A DNA stretch of 37,892 bases. Origin: Jimgerdemannia flammicorona. Lineage: Eukaryota. Of the stretch, positions 1 to 11,420 are shown one piece after another; position 1 is the first letter of the stretch; every line of letters begins with the position of its first letter. The notes under the pieces are model-generated. The model did no database searches and had not been told where the DNA came from. It saw nothing but the letters and a program-made list of their open reading frames with translations. The stretch lies in the NCBI GenBank assembly GCA_003990765.1, contig RBNJ01000174.1:1-37892 (forward strand), given 5' to 3'. A program made the translations under genes and the position numbers.

Positions 1-1985
1 TTTTTTTGGCTTTTTCACTTTATATCGGCACTCTCCAAAAGGTGTGGACACGATAGTAAAGTGGCTGGGATAATGGATATCTCAATTTCTGATTAAATGT
101 ATTACTCAGCAACTAGACCACTTTGTGTTCGAACATATTGCGCATCATTGCCTCGCACAAAGTGTCGTCCACTACCGCATTTACACCTCATATAAAAAAT
201 CCCAGACATAAAAAAGCTACCCTGGTGTGGTATACGGTATGCCGCTTGTTGGGGTGGGTAAATAAATAAATAAATCCTCTGATTGAGTAATGCGGCGAAT
301 AGGGTGCGAAAGCGATCCATTCGTTCCAAAAATATATCGATGTTGTAGACGCTCATTATCGTTCCGCGTGTAATTGCCACAACCGTGCAAGGTTTTTGAA
401 TCGTGGTCATCACGATAGTAACCTCCCTTGGGTGGTTGTGTTGAACTTCAAATTGCACATCGGAAACTGAATGCCACAAGCGCTACCACTTTTACGTGAG
501 ATAAATCTATTCGGATCACGTGTCAGCGTTACCAAACGAAAGCAATATATTGCCGCGCACGTTGACCTCTTATCTAGTTTTTTGCTCTTTTTTTGCATTG
601 CCAATTCATAACTTACACATTTTGTTTAAGTTTTTTCCACCATCCCTTACCAACTGCACATTTGATGGGATTGTCTCCGCTTCGAGGATTGACCCTCGTG
701 CTTTCGCAAGTGCAAAATCAACCAATTCACCTGTTATGGAAAAAGTGGAGACATTTTACTTGTGTAGACAAGAAAAGGGGTGTTCAAATATTGAGACCGA
801 AATGGTTAATGTCACACTCAATCTTGGAAAATATTTCTATATTCATTTGACTGACTTGAGAGCAAGTCATCGAAGGTATCAGTTTTACTCAAGAATTTAT
901 TATTTTTTATTTTACCTATAGGTTCAATATGAGAAAATAAAGTAGAAATTATTTGTCAAATATAATAAAGAAAATAGTGTAAAGACCATTTTATTGTAAT
1001 TTATCAATATCTGAGTCAATGATATTCTCTGAGATTGATGAAAATAATAAGAATAAGGATACTAAAGATTAAGATAATAAAAATATCATCAAAGTCAAAC
1101 TAAAGCAGATTTTATATATACTACTATAGCTAAAAGTCAGGTATGAACTAAATCAATTATACAACTTATGTCTATATCTGAGAAAGTATTAAAAAAGAAT
1201 ATTATGAAAAAGAGTTATAAATATAAAAAGATAGATTTGAAAATAAGACTTTATAGAGATAAAAAGATATTGAATTATATAAGAAAGAAATTCAAGTATA
1301 AGAAAAAAAAAATTAATAATATATAAATATTTTAGAATTAGAGGTATAATTTTTTAAATATAATTTATAATATAATAAGAAAAAAATTCTATAAAAAATA
1401 TAGATAAGTTTTTAATATAAAAGTTATATAATTGAAATATATACTCATTTAACTTTTATAAATATATATATAACCTATAGATTAAAGAAATTCTTTTTTT
1501 TTTATTTTTTATAATTTATAAATATGAAATACTAAAGCATTTTATCAAAATTCCACTCAATATATTTATGAACTAAACTTATATATTTGTTAAATTCTAT
1601 TTTTTTAGATGAGATATTTATATATATCTTTATATTGAAAAAGAATAAGCTAAATTACTATGTAAATTTATTAATATATATACTATTAGTGTTATAGTAT
1701 ATAGAATTAATTATTCATGAAATTCACTTATAAAATATATATTTATATATTATACTAATAGATAAAAAATAGATTAGTTAAATATAAAATAATTCTAATA
1801 GATATTGTAATAAACCTATATACTGATAGAATTAATATATTATAGATAATTAATAGTGACTATTGGTCCAAAGTTCTGAGTTTTTAAAGAAGTACTGAGT
1901 TCTAATTATCTATTATAGTAAAGTTTAGATAACACTTTCAGATTCTTATATAGTGTAATGGTGACCTCAGAATGATGACATCAGC

Positions 1986-2996
1986 ATGGAAGACAGCCTT
2001 TTCTTGCAAGCCACTAGATTGGAATACAAGAAGATCATATGGCATATGAGATGAGCAATAATGACCAACTGTGAGTCATTGTGACTACAGTACAAGCATC
2101 CTGAAGAATATAAAAGAAGGATCAAGAAACTGCAGTAGCAGTAACCAACAAGAACCACTAATCCCAAATTAGCTCAAAGACTTACTATAAATGAAATATC
2201 TGTTGTCTGCCAAACCTCAAGGTCAAGGAACTACCAAGGTATCTCAGTTGAAGAAAGGATGTTCCAAGACATCAGAAGAGCTATGAGGACCTGCTCAAGA
2301 AGGACTCCTAGTATCAACCTGGGTATTGCAGACCTCTATCACTTTATTCTCTACCACCATGAAATGGAAACAAGGATCACCATTGCTACTGAATGCCTCC
2401 AAATGTAGCAGGTATATGAAATAGGAAACCTCCTCTGCCAGAAGTTCCCATAGGTCAGCACTCAAGAGCTACAAGATACCACTCCCATGGATATACATGA
2501 AATAAGGACAGCTAAGAAGATCCATCAGATCTTCAGGTATGTACCATGGTTAATCCCCAACTTGGAGTATGTTAGAGTCTCAGATTTCAGAGACCTGTCA
2601 TCCTGCTATATCAATGCACTAGAAGCCAGGGTAGCTACAGAAGCCCAGTCCACTATCACCCTCAATAGTGATGAAGTAGAAGACTTCTGGCACCCTATCC
2701 TCCAGAACAACCCAGACCAATTTCTGCAAGAGTTGATCTCAGTATTCCAAGGCCCAAGCATCCAGGTTAGATCTCCCCAAGACCCCACATTTGTCCCCTA
2801 TTTTGTGGAAGAGAACCTCATAGACTGGAGAGCCCCAGACCTCCTCTCCACCACTGAATGTGATGATGTTATCCCACACAACATCAAAGTATATGAAATG
2901 TATGATCTATATGATGAATTTACAGATCTTATCTCCTTCAGTAATAATGATGATAATAATGATGAAGCCTTCATGGTTCTGAACTTTCTGCTCTAA
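1986..2996 (+). pseudogene. Accessory ORF inside the 5' LTR of element A (266-336 aa, unknown function)
   Basis: One reading frame from ATG 1986 (or 2196, which is ATG in the 3' copy) to TAA 2996. Stops at 2406 and 2451 are TGG and CAG in the other LTR. Confidence 0.8.
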
Positions 2997-3006
2997 GTTC
3001 TTTGTT

Positions 3007-3135
3007 ACACTGGATAATATCAGTACTGGTATTCTCATATAACACTGGATAATACCAGCACTGATATTCTGAGGTAATACGAAATTGTTCCAGTACCAGT
3101 ATTCTGATGTGATACTGAATTATATCAGTATCCTG
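3007..3135 (+). repeat. Degenerate 35-bp tandem array (about 3.7 units) in U3 of element A; also present in the 3' LTR (~10225-10353)
   Basis: Units start at 3007, 3042, 3077 and 3112, e.g. ACACTGGATAATATCAGTACTGGTATTCTCATATA and ACACTGGATAATACCAGCACTGATATTCTGAGGTA. Confidence 0.8.
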
Positions 3136-3235
3136 AACCTGTACAACCATTAGTACTGACCCTGGAACTTAGTAGTTTTAGTTATTAGAATTTATATTTA
3201 GCTTTATATCTTAGTAACTATTGAATTATATTTTG

Positions 3236-3268
3236 TATAAATACCCCTCTTATTTCCTCTGAAATAAA
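3236..3268 (+). promoter_or_regulatory. LTR TATA box (TATAAATA) and polyadenylation signal (AATAAA) of element A
   Basis: TATAAATA at 3236 and AATAAA at 3263; both retained in the 3' LTR. The same arrangement occurs on the minus strand in element B's LTR (10841-10848 and 10783-10788). Confidence 0.65.
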
Positions 3269-3474
3269 GTCAGTTCTGGTTTCACTTACACACAATCTGC
3301 AAGCAATCTAAGAGATAATAAGACAGTTTAAAGATAAGAAGTTTGAGGACTATAAGACCTTGGGAAGGTACTCCAATAAGAACTTGCTTATAACAAACTT
3401 GAGTTAGTCTAAGAGATATACCTTTAAGAGAATCTGGTATATTTGAAGAACTCAGCAACTACTACATGACAACT

Positions 3475-3489
3475 TGGTATCTATTGGCT
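3475..3489 (+). other. Primer binding site of element A (tRNA not assignable)
   Basis: TGG-initiated tract 3 nt after the end of the 5' LTR. Confidence 0.6.
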
Positions 3490-5435
3490 GGTGATTCAAG
3501 ATGAATCCCTCACTCTCAAGCTAAAAAACGAACAACTCCACAATAACTACCCTGACTACAAGAGTTACCCCTGCAAGAATTCAAGATAAGATGGAAATGT
3601 ATCCCCCCACATTCTATAGATATACTACTGAAGAGTCAATCCTGACCTTCATTGAAGACTTTGAACAATTTGCCACCATACAAGTCCTTGGTGTGGATGC
3701 TTAATTGGTCCTTCTACCAGTCAGTCTCAGAGGACCTGCCAGAGACAAGTTCAATGCAGCCACCATTGCTGATGCTAGTGCAGCCAAACTTGCCAACATA
3801 AAGGCCTTCCTCAGAACAACATATTATACCAAAGAGATCAAGCAAGCTCTCAAGGATCAACTCAATACTATCTGCCAGGGACTTAGTGAAAATCCCAACT
3901 CATTCTATACCTGAATCTGTCACCAGATTGTCTTGGCTGGCTATGATGACCACCTCAAGGAACAAATAGTGGATTCAACTTTCCTCAAAGGAGTTCACTC
4001 TGAAATTGCCCTAGCAATCCAGTCTACCCCAGCTGCACTGACCCTTAATCAGAAAGTAGTCTTTGTACAGAGATATTGGACTGCCAGACACCCTGCTGAA
4101 CACTCAATGGGGAAAATAACTGGCATTAAGATGGAGCCATCAAAGCCAACTAGTATCTTACCCACTACAGTTGTAAACAGACAACCAATCCCATCTACCC
4201 CCAAGACAGCCAAAGCTGACCCAGTGGAAGAACTTGCCAAGCAGTTTACTGAGATGACTACACACCTTAGTAATGTTGTTAGAGAAGTCCAAAGTGCCAA
4301 CAGGAGACCAGTGCAGAGATTTGTAGCTACTATAGAAGAATGCAATATTATATACTTCAGATGCAGAGAAGAAGGCCACTATGCAAAGAATTGCATAATC
4401 AAAACAAAATGCAAAGCCCAACCAAGCAATGCTAGCAGAACCAGAGAACAAACCAATGCAGTAGTCATTGAGGAGATTGGTGATACTGATGATGAAGAAT
4501 ACTATGAAGAGCTTGAATTCTACCCTGCTACTGAAGGTACCAGAACCCAGTCCAAGCCCTGTGACAAGAAGAGCAACAGTAAGCCAGTTGGAAGACCAAA
4601 GAAGACCTCAGCTATCACTATTCAAAGTAAGACCCAACCCAAGGAGATTGATCAAGACATAGAATTAGATAAAGCTGCCCACCAAATTATTAAAGGCACT
4701 ACTCTAGTCTCAGGAGAAAGTGAAAGCAAGAAGAAACAGAAGCTGTGCAAGACCAAGATCTATTAGTATTACATCTACAAGGACCTCAAGGAACAGAAGG
4801 TCAATGCTACTTTTGGACAACTATCCAAAGTCCCTGCCTTCAGACAGCAGTTGAGAGTAGGACTTGCAACTACTGCTAAGAATCAAGAGTACAAGATTAT
4901 AGAAGCTCACAATGCACAGAAAGAATCTGAGAACTTAGGTGAAGAATCTGAAGACCAGCACAAGATATCAGCCTATACTCTATATCAGATTGAAGACTAT
5001 ATCTTTGATGCCATCATTGATACCAGTGCTGGAGGATACCTCATGAGCAAGAAGGCAATTGACCACCTAGGCTGGGATATTGAAGAGTCTACCAAGATGG
5101 TCTATGTTATAGCAGATAGTACATAAGCTACCCCCCTTGGCAAAATCTGAGAAGTCTCCATCAAGATAGGAGGAGCTACTATCCCAGTAGACATGATTGT
5201 TACAAGTGCCACCAACTATAACATCCTCATTGGCAACCAATGGCTTCACAAGGCCAAGGCCATCATTGACCTCAATGCCCAGAAGATACAGATCAACTAT
5301 AGAGGAAGAAAGGTACAAGTTTCTATCAATGTCCACAAAGGAGTTCTATCAGATATGGAGGAAGGAGATGAAGAAGACACAGAGGTCTTCATACACTTGA
5401 TGAACAAGAACAAGAATAAGACACCCAAGCTCACA

Positions 5436-5567
5436 GATGAACAGTGGTATAATAAGATCATCAATAGCTATGCCCCTCAAGGAAGATGTCCCCATAGTAC
5501 TAGGATGTACTACTCTGAACACCTGAATGACTGCTGGTCCTGTATCAGTGAAGTCAGGAAAATCTAC
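5436..5567 (+). other. Cys/His module between protease and dUTPase in element A
   Basis: DEQWYNKIINSYAPQGRCPHSTRMYYSEHLNDCWSCISEVRKIY (C-x-H-x8-H-x3-C-x2-C); homolog in element B. Confidence 0.7.
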
Positions 5568-5684
5568 CAACAGAAACACAAGTAAGAAGCTACCAAAGCA
5601 TAAAGGAAAGCCAAAGAAGATGACCAGCCCCCAGAGCTCCAAGCTGACAGTGATGATGAGAAGGAACAAGAATCAGACATCACC

Positions 5685-6093
5685 CTCAAGGTCAAGAAGT
5701 TTCACTCTGAAGCCAAGATCCCAGAATATAAAACTAAAGGAGCCATAGGAATGAACCTTGTCAGCATTCAAGATGCTACCCTCAAACCACAGACTACCAC
5801 CCTACTTAGCACTGGAATCAGAGTCAAGCTGCCAGAGAACTATGCTGGAATTATCAAGACCAGGAGCAGTCTGGCCAAAAGCGAAATCTCAGTTGAAGGA
5901 GGAGTAATTGACCCTGATTACACTGGTGAGATCTTCCTTTATAGTCAGAAATCACAACCACACCACCTCCTTTGAAGTCAAGAAGTATGATAGGATTGGC
6001 CAGATACTGATCTATGAAATCAAGAAGCCCAAGATCATTGAAGCCATTGAACTCATCAAGACCAAGAGAGGAGAACAAGGCTTTAGATCTACT
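5685..6093 (+). pseudogene. Trimeric dUTPase domain within pol of element A
   Basis: Motifs AIGMNL, RSSLA, GVIDPDYTGEI, DRIGQIL and RGEQGFRST; one frameshift near 5935. Confidence 0.95.
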
Positions 6094-9000
6094 AAAAGAG
6101 GAGCCTATACCACTACCAAGATTACTGAACTCAAGCACAAGAGAGACAAGGACCAAAACAAGCACACATATACCATTGGAGAAAACTTTCCCCTGGAGGA
6201 ACAACTTCTCAAGATCCTGTACCAGAATGAAGGAGTACTTGCTACAGACTTTAGGAATATCCATAATCAAGAACCCAAGTACTACCATGAAGTTGACACT
6301 GGCAATACTAAGCCCATCTACTAGAAAGCCAGACCCATACCACCTACCTACAGAGAGTGGCTGCAAGCAGAACTCAAGGAAATGGAAGAAGCCAGAATTA
6401 TCAAGCAAGCTATCAGCCCCTGGGTTTCATCCATTGTCCTTGTCCTGAAGAAAGGAAGCAAGCCTAGAGAGTTTGCACCAAGACTCTGCATTGACTACAG
6501 AAAGCTCAATACCATCACCAAGAAGGATAGACAGCCCTTGCCAAATATTCAAGAAATCCTTACCACCCTTGGAAGTGAAGCCAAATACTACACCACCTTA
6601 GATCTGTTCTCAGGCTTCTATCAGATTGGTCTCACTCAAGATGCCAGTGAGAAATCAGCCTTCATCACACCTGACACCACCTATATCTATCTGCAAATAC
6701 CATTTGGAATATACAATGCCCCAGTAAGTTTTCAGTGAATGATGAACAGAGTCTTCAGCAATGAGATTGGAAAATGGCTCTTTGTCTATGTTGATGATAT
6801 GATCATCTTCAGCAATACTGCACAGGAACATATCAATTACATACAGCTAGTCCTCAAGAAGCTCAAGGGGTATGGCCTCTACATCAAGCCCAAAAAATGC
6901 AAGTTTGCAGCTCAAGAAATTGCCTACCTAGGACACCTCATCAACCAGACTGGGATCCACACAGACCTCATAAAGATCGAGGCTGTAGCAGCCTACCCAA
7001 GACCCAGAACAACTACAGAAGTCCATGCCTTCCTTGGACTGGCCAGCTACTACTGAAGATTCATCAAAGGATACTCCAATATTGCAGCACCTATCTATGA
7101 GCTACTGAAGAAAGAGACCAAATTTGAATAGACCAAAAAGTGCCAAGAAACCTTCAATGAACTTAAGACCAGATTGACCCAAGCACCTATCCTCAGAAGA
7201 CCAGACTGGAACCTAGAATTCATCCTGCAGACAGACATGAGTGCTATAGGACTTGGAGCAGTCCTAGCTCAGAAGAAAGATGGATATGAATATGCTATCT
7301 TCTATGCAAGCTGAGGTACCTACAGAGCAGAACAAAACTAAGAGTCATGCAAGCTCAAATACTTAGCAGTAGTTTGGGTAGTAGACAAGTTCCACTACTA
7401 CCTAGCCAAGAAACACTTCACTATTCAAACAGACCACTCTGCTCTCACCTGGCTATTCCACACTCTGAACCCCAAAGGAATATATGCCAGATGGATCTAC
7501 AGGCTGTAAGAGTATGACTGTACTGTCAAGCACTGCTCAGAAAAGACCAAAACCAATACTGATGCACTCTCAAGGATACCTCGAAACACCCCCATCAAGA
7601 CTATTCAACATAAATAAGAAGCTATACTATGGATTAATCAACTATCTTGGATAGTGGAAGATGTCCAACCATCTTAAACCTTAGATAATCAATATTATCA
7701 ACTAGACTTGGAAATAGTTTGAACTAGACAACACTATACTCAGAAAAGGAGAAAAGCTAGTAATACCCAAATATAAGAAGTATCAAGTAATGAAGGAAGT
7801 ACATGAGCAAGGATACTTAGGAGGAACCAACACATACAATAAGGCATGAAGAACCATGTGGTGGCCTAAGATAGAAGAAGACCTGTGCCAATTTGTCAAA
7901 GGGTATAACAAGTGCCAAAAACAGAAACAAGATCAGCAAGACCAGGTACCCGGGTCATCAAGAATTGAGCCTATCCCATTCCACTACATTGCAATAGATA
8001 TCATTGGACCACTACCAGTAATACTATCAGGAAACTGCTATATTATAGTTATTGTAGACCTCTTCACCAAATGGATAGAGGCAGGAGCATTATAAGAAGC
8101 CAATGCCCTCTCTATAGCTAACTTCCTACACCAAGAAATCATCTGCCACTACAAGACACCAAAGCAAATCACAACAGACCACAGAACAGAATTTGTCAAT
8201 GGATTCCATGAGATAATGTATCAGAAATACAAGATCCAGCACATCAAAACCACTGTGTACCACTCTCAAGGAAATGAGAACTAACAAGATCCTCAAGAAC
8301 ATCCTAGCAAAGATCTCAGAGACATATGAGAATTGGGATAACTATCTCCCAACTGCCCTCTCTGTTCTATGAGACATATGGTCACAGAACACATACTTTA
8401 CCCCAAGAGAGCTGCTCTTTGGAGAAGAAGATTCTGATGGAACCTCAGCTATGAATCTAGACCTAACTTAGAGACAGATTGATGCAGAAATCTGGAGACT
8501 ACACCAAATCAAGAAGAAGGCTGAAGATTATATCACCAAGTCACAAGCACTGACAAGGAAGAATGTAGAAAAGAATAATAAGGCCCTAGAACTCATCTGA
8601 ACTAGAGAAAAAGTTCTACTGTATTGAAATATGGTAGAAGCCTCATGGTTATGAAAACTGGAGCCCAAATGGAAAGGACCCTTCTATGTACAAGATATCA
8701 AGGGAACCACCTTCTGGCTTAGAAAAATCTCAGAGACCATACTGCCTACTATAGTACATAGGAACAGACTCAAGAAGTACTACAAACCTATACAAGAGAA
8801 GAAAAATGTGATGACTGCCTGTGAGGTTCTAGTCCGTGAATCATAACAGCATGTCCTGTGACCAGCAGGCTATCTGTCTGGACCATTCTCTAAGGAATAT
8901 GGCACTGGTAACTACTCATCCATGAGACTTTCAAAGTCAGAGAAGATCAAACCATCAACTGATTGGTCAAGATCAGAATCAGGCCCTTGCTCTATATGAA

Positions 9001-9159
9001 GGGAGCAACCCTTCACCATTATACCAAAATACAAAGGGAAGACACCAGCCCATAAATATCACTTTTCAACCCCTTGTCAGAGGTTATGGGATCAACAAAT
9101 TTTTCAGAACTGGACCAATGAATAAGGATATTCGAGAAGATCCTTATTCAGGAGAAAGA

Positions 9160-10691
9160 TGTAACAGTGACTTCAGAATGATAATATCAGCATGGAAGAC
9201 AGCCTTTCCTTGCAAGCCACCAGATTGGAATACAAGAAGATCATATGGCATACGAGATGAGCAATGATGACCAACTGTGAGTCATTGTAACTATAGTATA
9301 AGCATCCTGAAGAATATAAAAGAAGGATCAAGGAACTGCAGTAGCAGCAACCAACAAGAACCACCAATCCCAAATTAGCTCAAAGACTTACCATAAATGA
9401 AATGCCTGCTGCCTGCCAAACCTCAAGGTCAAGGAATCACCAAGGTATCTCAGTCAAAGAAAGAATATTCCAAGACATCAGAAGAGCCATGAGAATCTGC
9501 TCAAGAAGGACTCCTAGTGTCAACCTGGGTACTGCAGACCTTTATCACTTTATCCTCTACTGCTATGAAATAGAAACAAGGATCATCATTGCTACCAAAT
9601 GCCTCCAAATGTGGTAGGAGTACAAAATAGGAAATCTCCTCGGCCAGAAGTTCCCACAGACCAGCACTCAAGAGCTACAAGATACCATTCTCATGGATAT
9701 ATATAAAACAAGGACAGCTAAGAAGATCCATCAGATCTTCAGGCATATACCATGGTTGATCTCCAACTTAGAGTATGTTAGAGTCTCAGATTTCAGAGAT
9801 CTGTTATCCCACTATATCAATGCACTAGAAGTCAGGGTGGCTACAGAAGCCCAGTCCACTATCACCCTCAATAGTGATGAAGTAGAAGACTTCTGATACC
9901 CTATCCTCCAGGACAACCCAGACCAATTCCTGCAAGAGTTGATCTCAGTATTCTAAGGCCCAAGTATCTGGGTTAGATCTCCCCAAGACCTCACATTTGT
10001 CCCCTATTTTGTAGAAGAGAATCTTATAGACTGGAGAGCCCCAGACCTCCTCCCTGCTGCTGAACGTAATGATGTCATCAGTGGTGACGTCATCCCACAT
10101 GACATCAAAGTATGCAAAATGTGTGACCTATATGATGAATTCATGGATCTCATCTCTTTCAGTAATAATGATGATGATGATGAAGCCCCTATGGTCCTGA
10201 ACTTTCTGCTCTAAGTTCTTTGTTACACTGGATAATGCCAGCATCAGTATTCTCATGTAATACTGGATAATGCCAGTATCAGTATTCTGAGGTGATACAA
10301 AATTGTTCCAGCACCAGTATTCTGATGTGATACTGAATTATATCAGCATCCTGAACCTGTACAACCATCAGTGCTGACCCTGAAACTTAGTAGTTTTAGT
10401 TATTGGAATTTATATTTAGCTTTATATCTTAGCAACTATTGAATTATATTTTGTATAAATATTCCTCTTATTTTCTCTGAAATAAAGTCAGTTCTGGTTT
10501 TCTTATACATAATCTCTTGCAAGCAATCTAAGAGATAACAAGACAGTTTAAAGATAAGAAGTTTGAGGACTATAAGACCTTGGGAAGGCACTCCAATAAG
10601 GACTTGCTTATAACAAACTTGAGTTAGTCTAAGAGATATATCTTGAAGAGAATCTGGCATATTTGAAGAACTTAGCGACCACTACATAACA
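9160..10691 (+). repeat. 3' LTR of element A (1532 bp)
   Basis: TGTAACAGTGAC...CTACATAACA; preceded by the PPT and followed by the TSD ATAG. Confidence 0.96.
9192..10214 (+). pseudogene. Accessory ORF inside the 3' LTR of element A (second copy)
   Basis: Same frame as the 5' copy. Stops at 9615, 9894 and 9954 are sense codons in the 5' LTR. Indels between copies within the ORF are +15 and -3 nt. Confidence 0.8.
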
Positions 10692-10975
10692 ATAGATAGA
10701 AATGAGCATACTTATATTCTAAGTTAATCAGACTCAGAATCATTAATAAGTTAGATCTGAGAGTTTATGATAAGAATACTACTTTATTCTTATATATGGA
10801 AAAAGTAGAGCTGATATTATAATATACTTAGTATAGAGAGTATTTATATTTTCAAAGGCTATAACTAAATATGGTATACTGAATACATATATTTATATAT
10901 AGTTATACTACTTTAGATAACTATAACTGCTAGTTAGAAATTATATAGAAATTTTAATAGGAATTTTTATCAGAA

Positions 10976-11420
10976 ATTCCAGAGCCTTGTAATGATTTAT
11001 TATATCTTTTATTTCTTTACTTAAGCCTACTCATTAGACTCAGTACTAAACTCTAGATATTTATCAAACTGGAGAGCAGTATACTAGACTACTTGAAAAA
11101 TAATTTTTCTTCATTATTCATTACTCAAATTGATAATATTCTCAAAGGATACTCTATAGAGATAGTTAAGAACTTATAGTCAGGTGCAGAAAAGAACATA
11201 GAGTCTCTTGACAACTATATAGGTATAGTTGTCAATGAAAAGACAGACTTATTGTTTGGTAGTACTAAGGGTAGCTTATTGATAGATGAGATATCCTATC
11301 TTATACTCCTTAAGTTCTTATTAGTAGCAAAAAGCTTAGAAATATTATATTCTTCCAAGATATTATTAAGCTTTATTTGAATTAGGGTCTTCAGAGATTT
11401 GAATGTTAACAGCTAGTGAG
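10976..11420 (-). pseudogene. Accessory ORF remnant 3' of pol in element B, homologous to the LTR ORF of element A
   Basis: ELKEYKIGYLIYQ*...IVVKRLYVLFCT*L*VLNYLYRVSFENIINLS aligns with EYEIGNLLCQK...TAKKIHQIFRHVPWLIPNLEYVRVSDFRDLS. The start is not resolved. Confidence 0.65.

Larger units (their letters stand above)
1954..3471 (+). repeat. 5' LTR of element A (1518 bp)
   Basis: TGTAATGGTGAC...CTACATGACA; colinear with 9160-10691. Confidence 0.96.
3591..8846 (+). pseudogene. gag-pol polyprotein of element A, interrupted by stops and frameshifts
   Basis: Gag PPTFY..FIEDFEQFA; zinc knuckle YFRCREEGHYAKNC; protease AIIDTSAGG and NILIGNQWL; RT RLCIDYRKLN, LDLFSGFYQI, YVDD; RNase H LQTDMSAIGLGAVL, TDHSAL; integrase IAIDIIGPLP, VDLFTKW, TDHRTEF, KWKGPF. 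Confidence 0.95.
1954..10691 (+). mobile_element. Element A: full-length, decayed Ty3/gypsy LTR retrotransposon (non-chromoviral) with dUTPase and an LTR-encoded ORF
   Basis: Direct repeats 1954-3471 and 9160-10691 with TG...CA ends. TSD ATAG at 1950-1953 and 10692-10695. PBS-like TGGTATC at 3475 and PPT AGGAGAAAGA at 9150-9159. Domain order gag-PR-dUTPase-RT-RH-IN, with no chromodomain after the GPF motif. Confidence 0.97.

Noticed and set aside
102..1140. ORFs 102-479(-), 520-921(+) and 593-850(+), and possible exons (e.g. minus 651-730 ELVDFALAKARGSILEAETIPSNVQL)
   Set aside because: CpG-intact DNA with some splice-like signals, but I could not build a consistent gene model or recognise a motif.
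1986..2996. LTR ORF as an env gene
   Set aside because: No signal peptide, long transmembrane segment or fusion-peptide layout.
3007..3135. 35-bp periodic array as CRISPR
   Set aside because: Tandem units without unique spacers, inside a eukaryotic LTR, with no cas genes.
11050..11155. Second chromodomain in element B (EYPLRIL...LFFK*S)
   Set aside because: A weak resemblance in another frame; the accessory-ORF frame fits better and the real chromodomain is at ~11700-11810.
11037..11416. Nearly open plus-strand frame (IFIKLESSILDYLKNN...)
   Set aside because: It is in the same codon register as the minus-strand accessory ORF, so it is best read as its antisense shadow.
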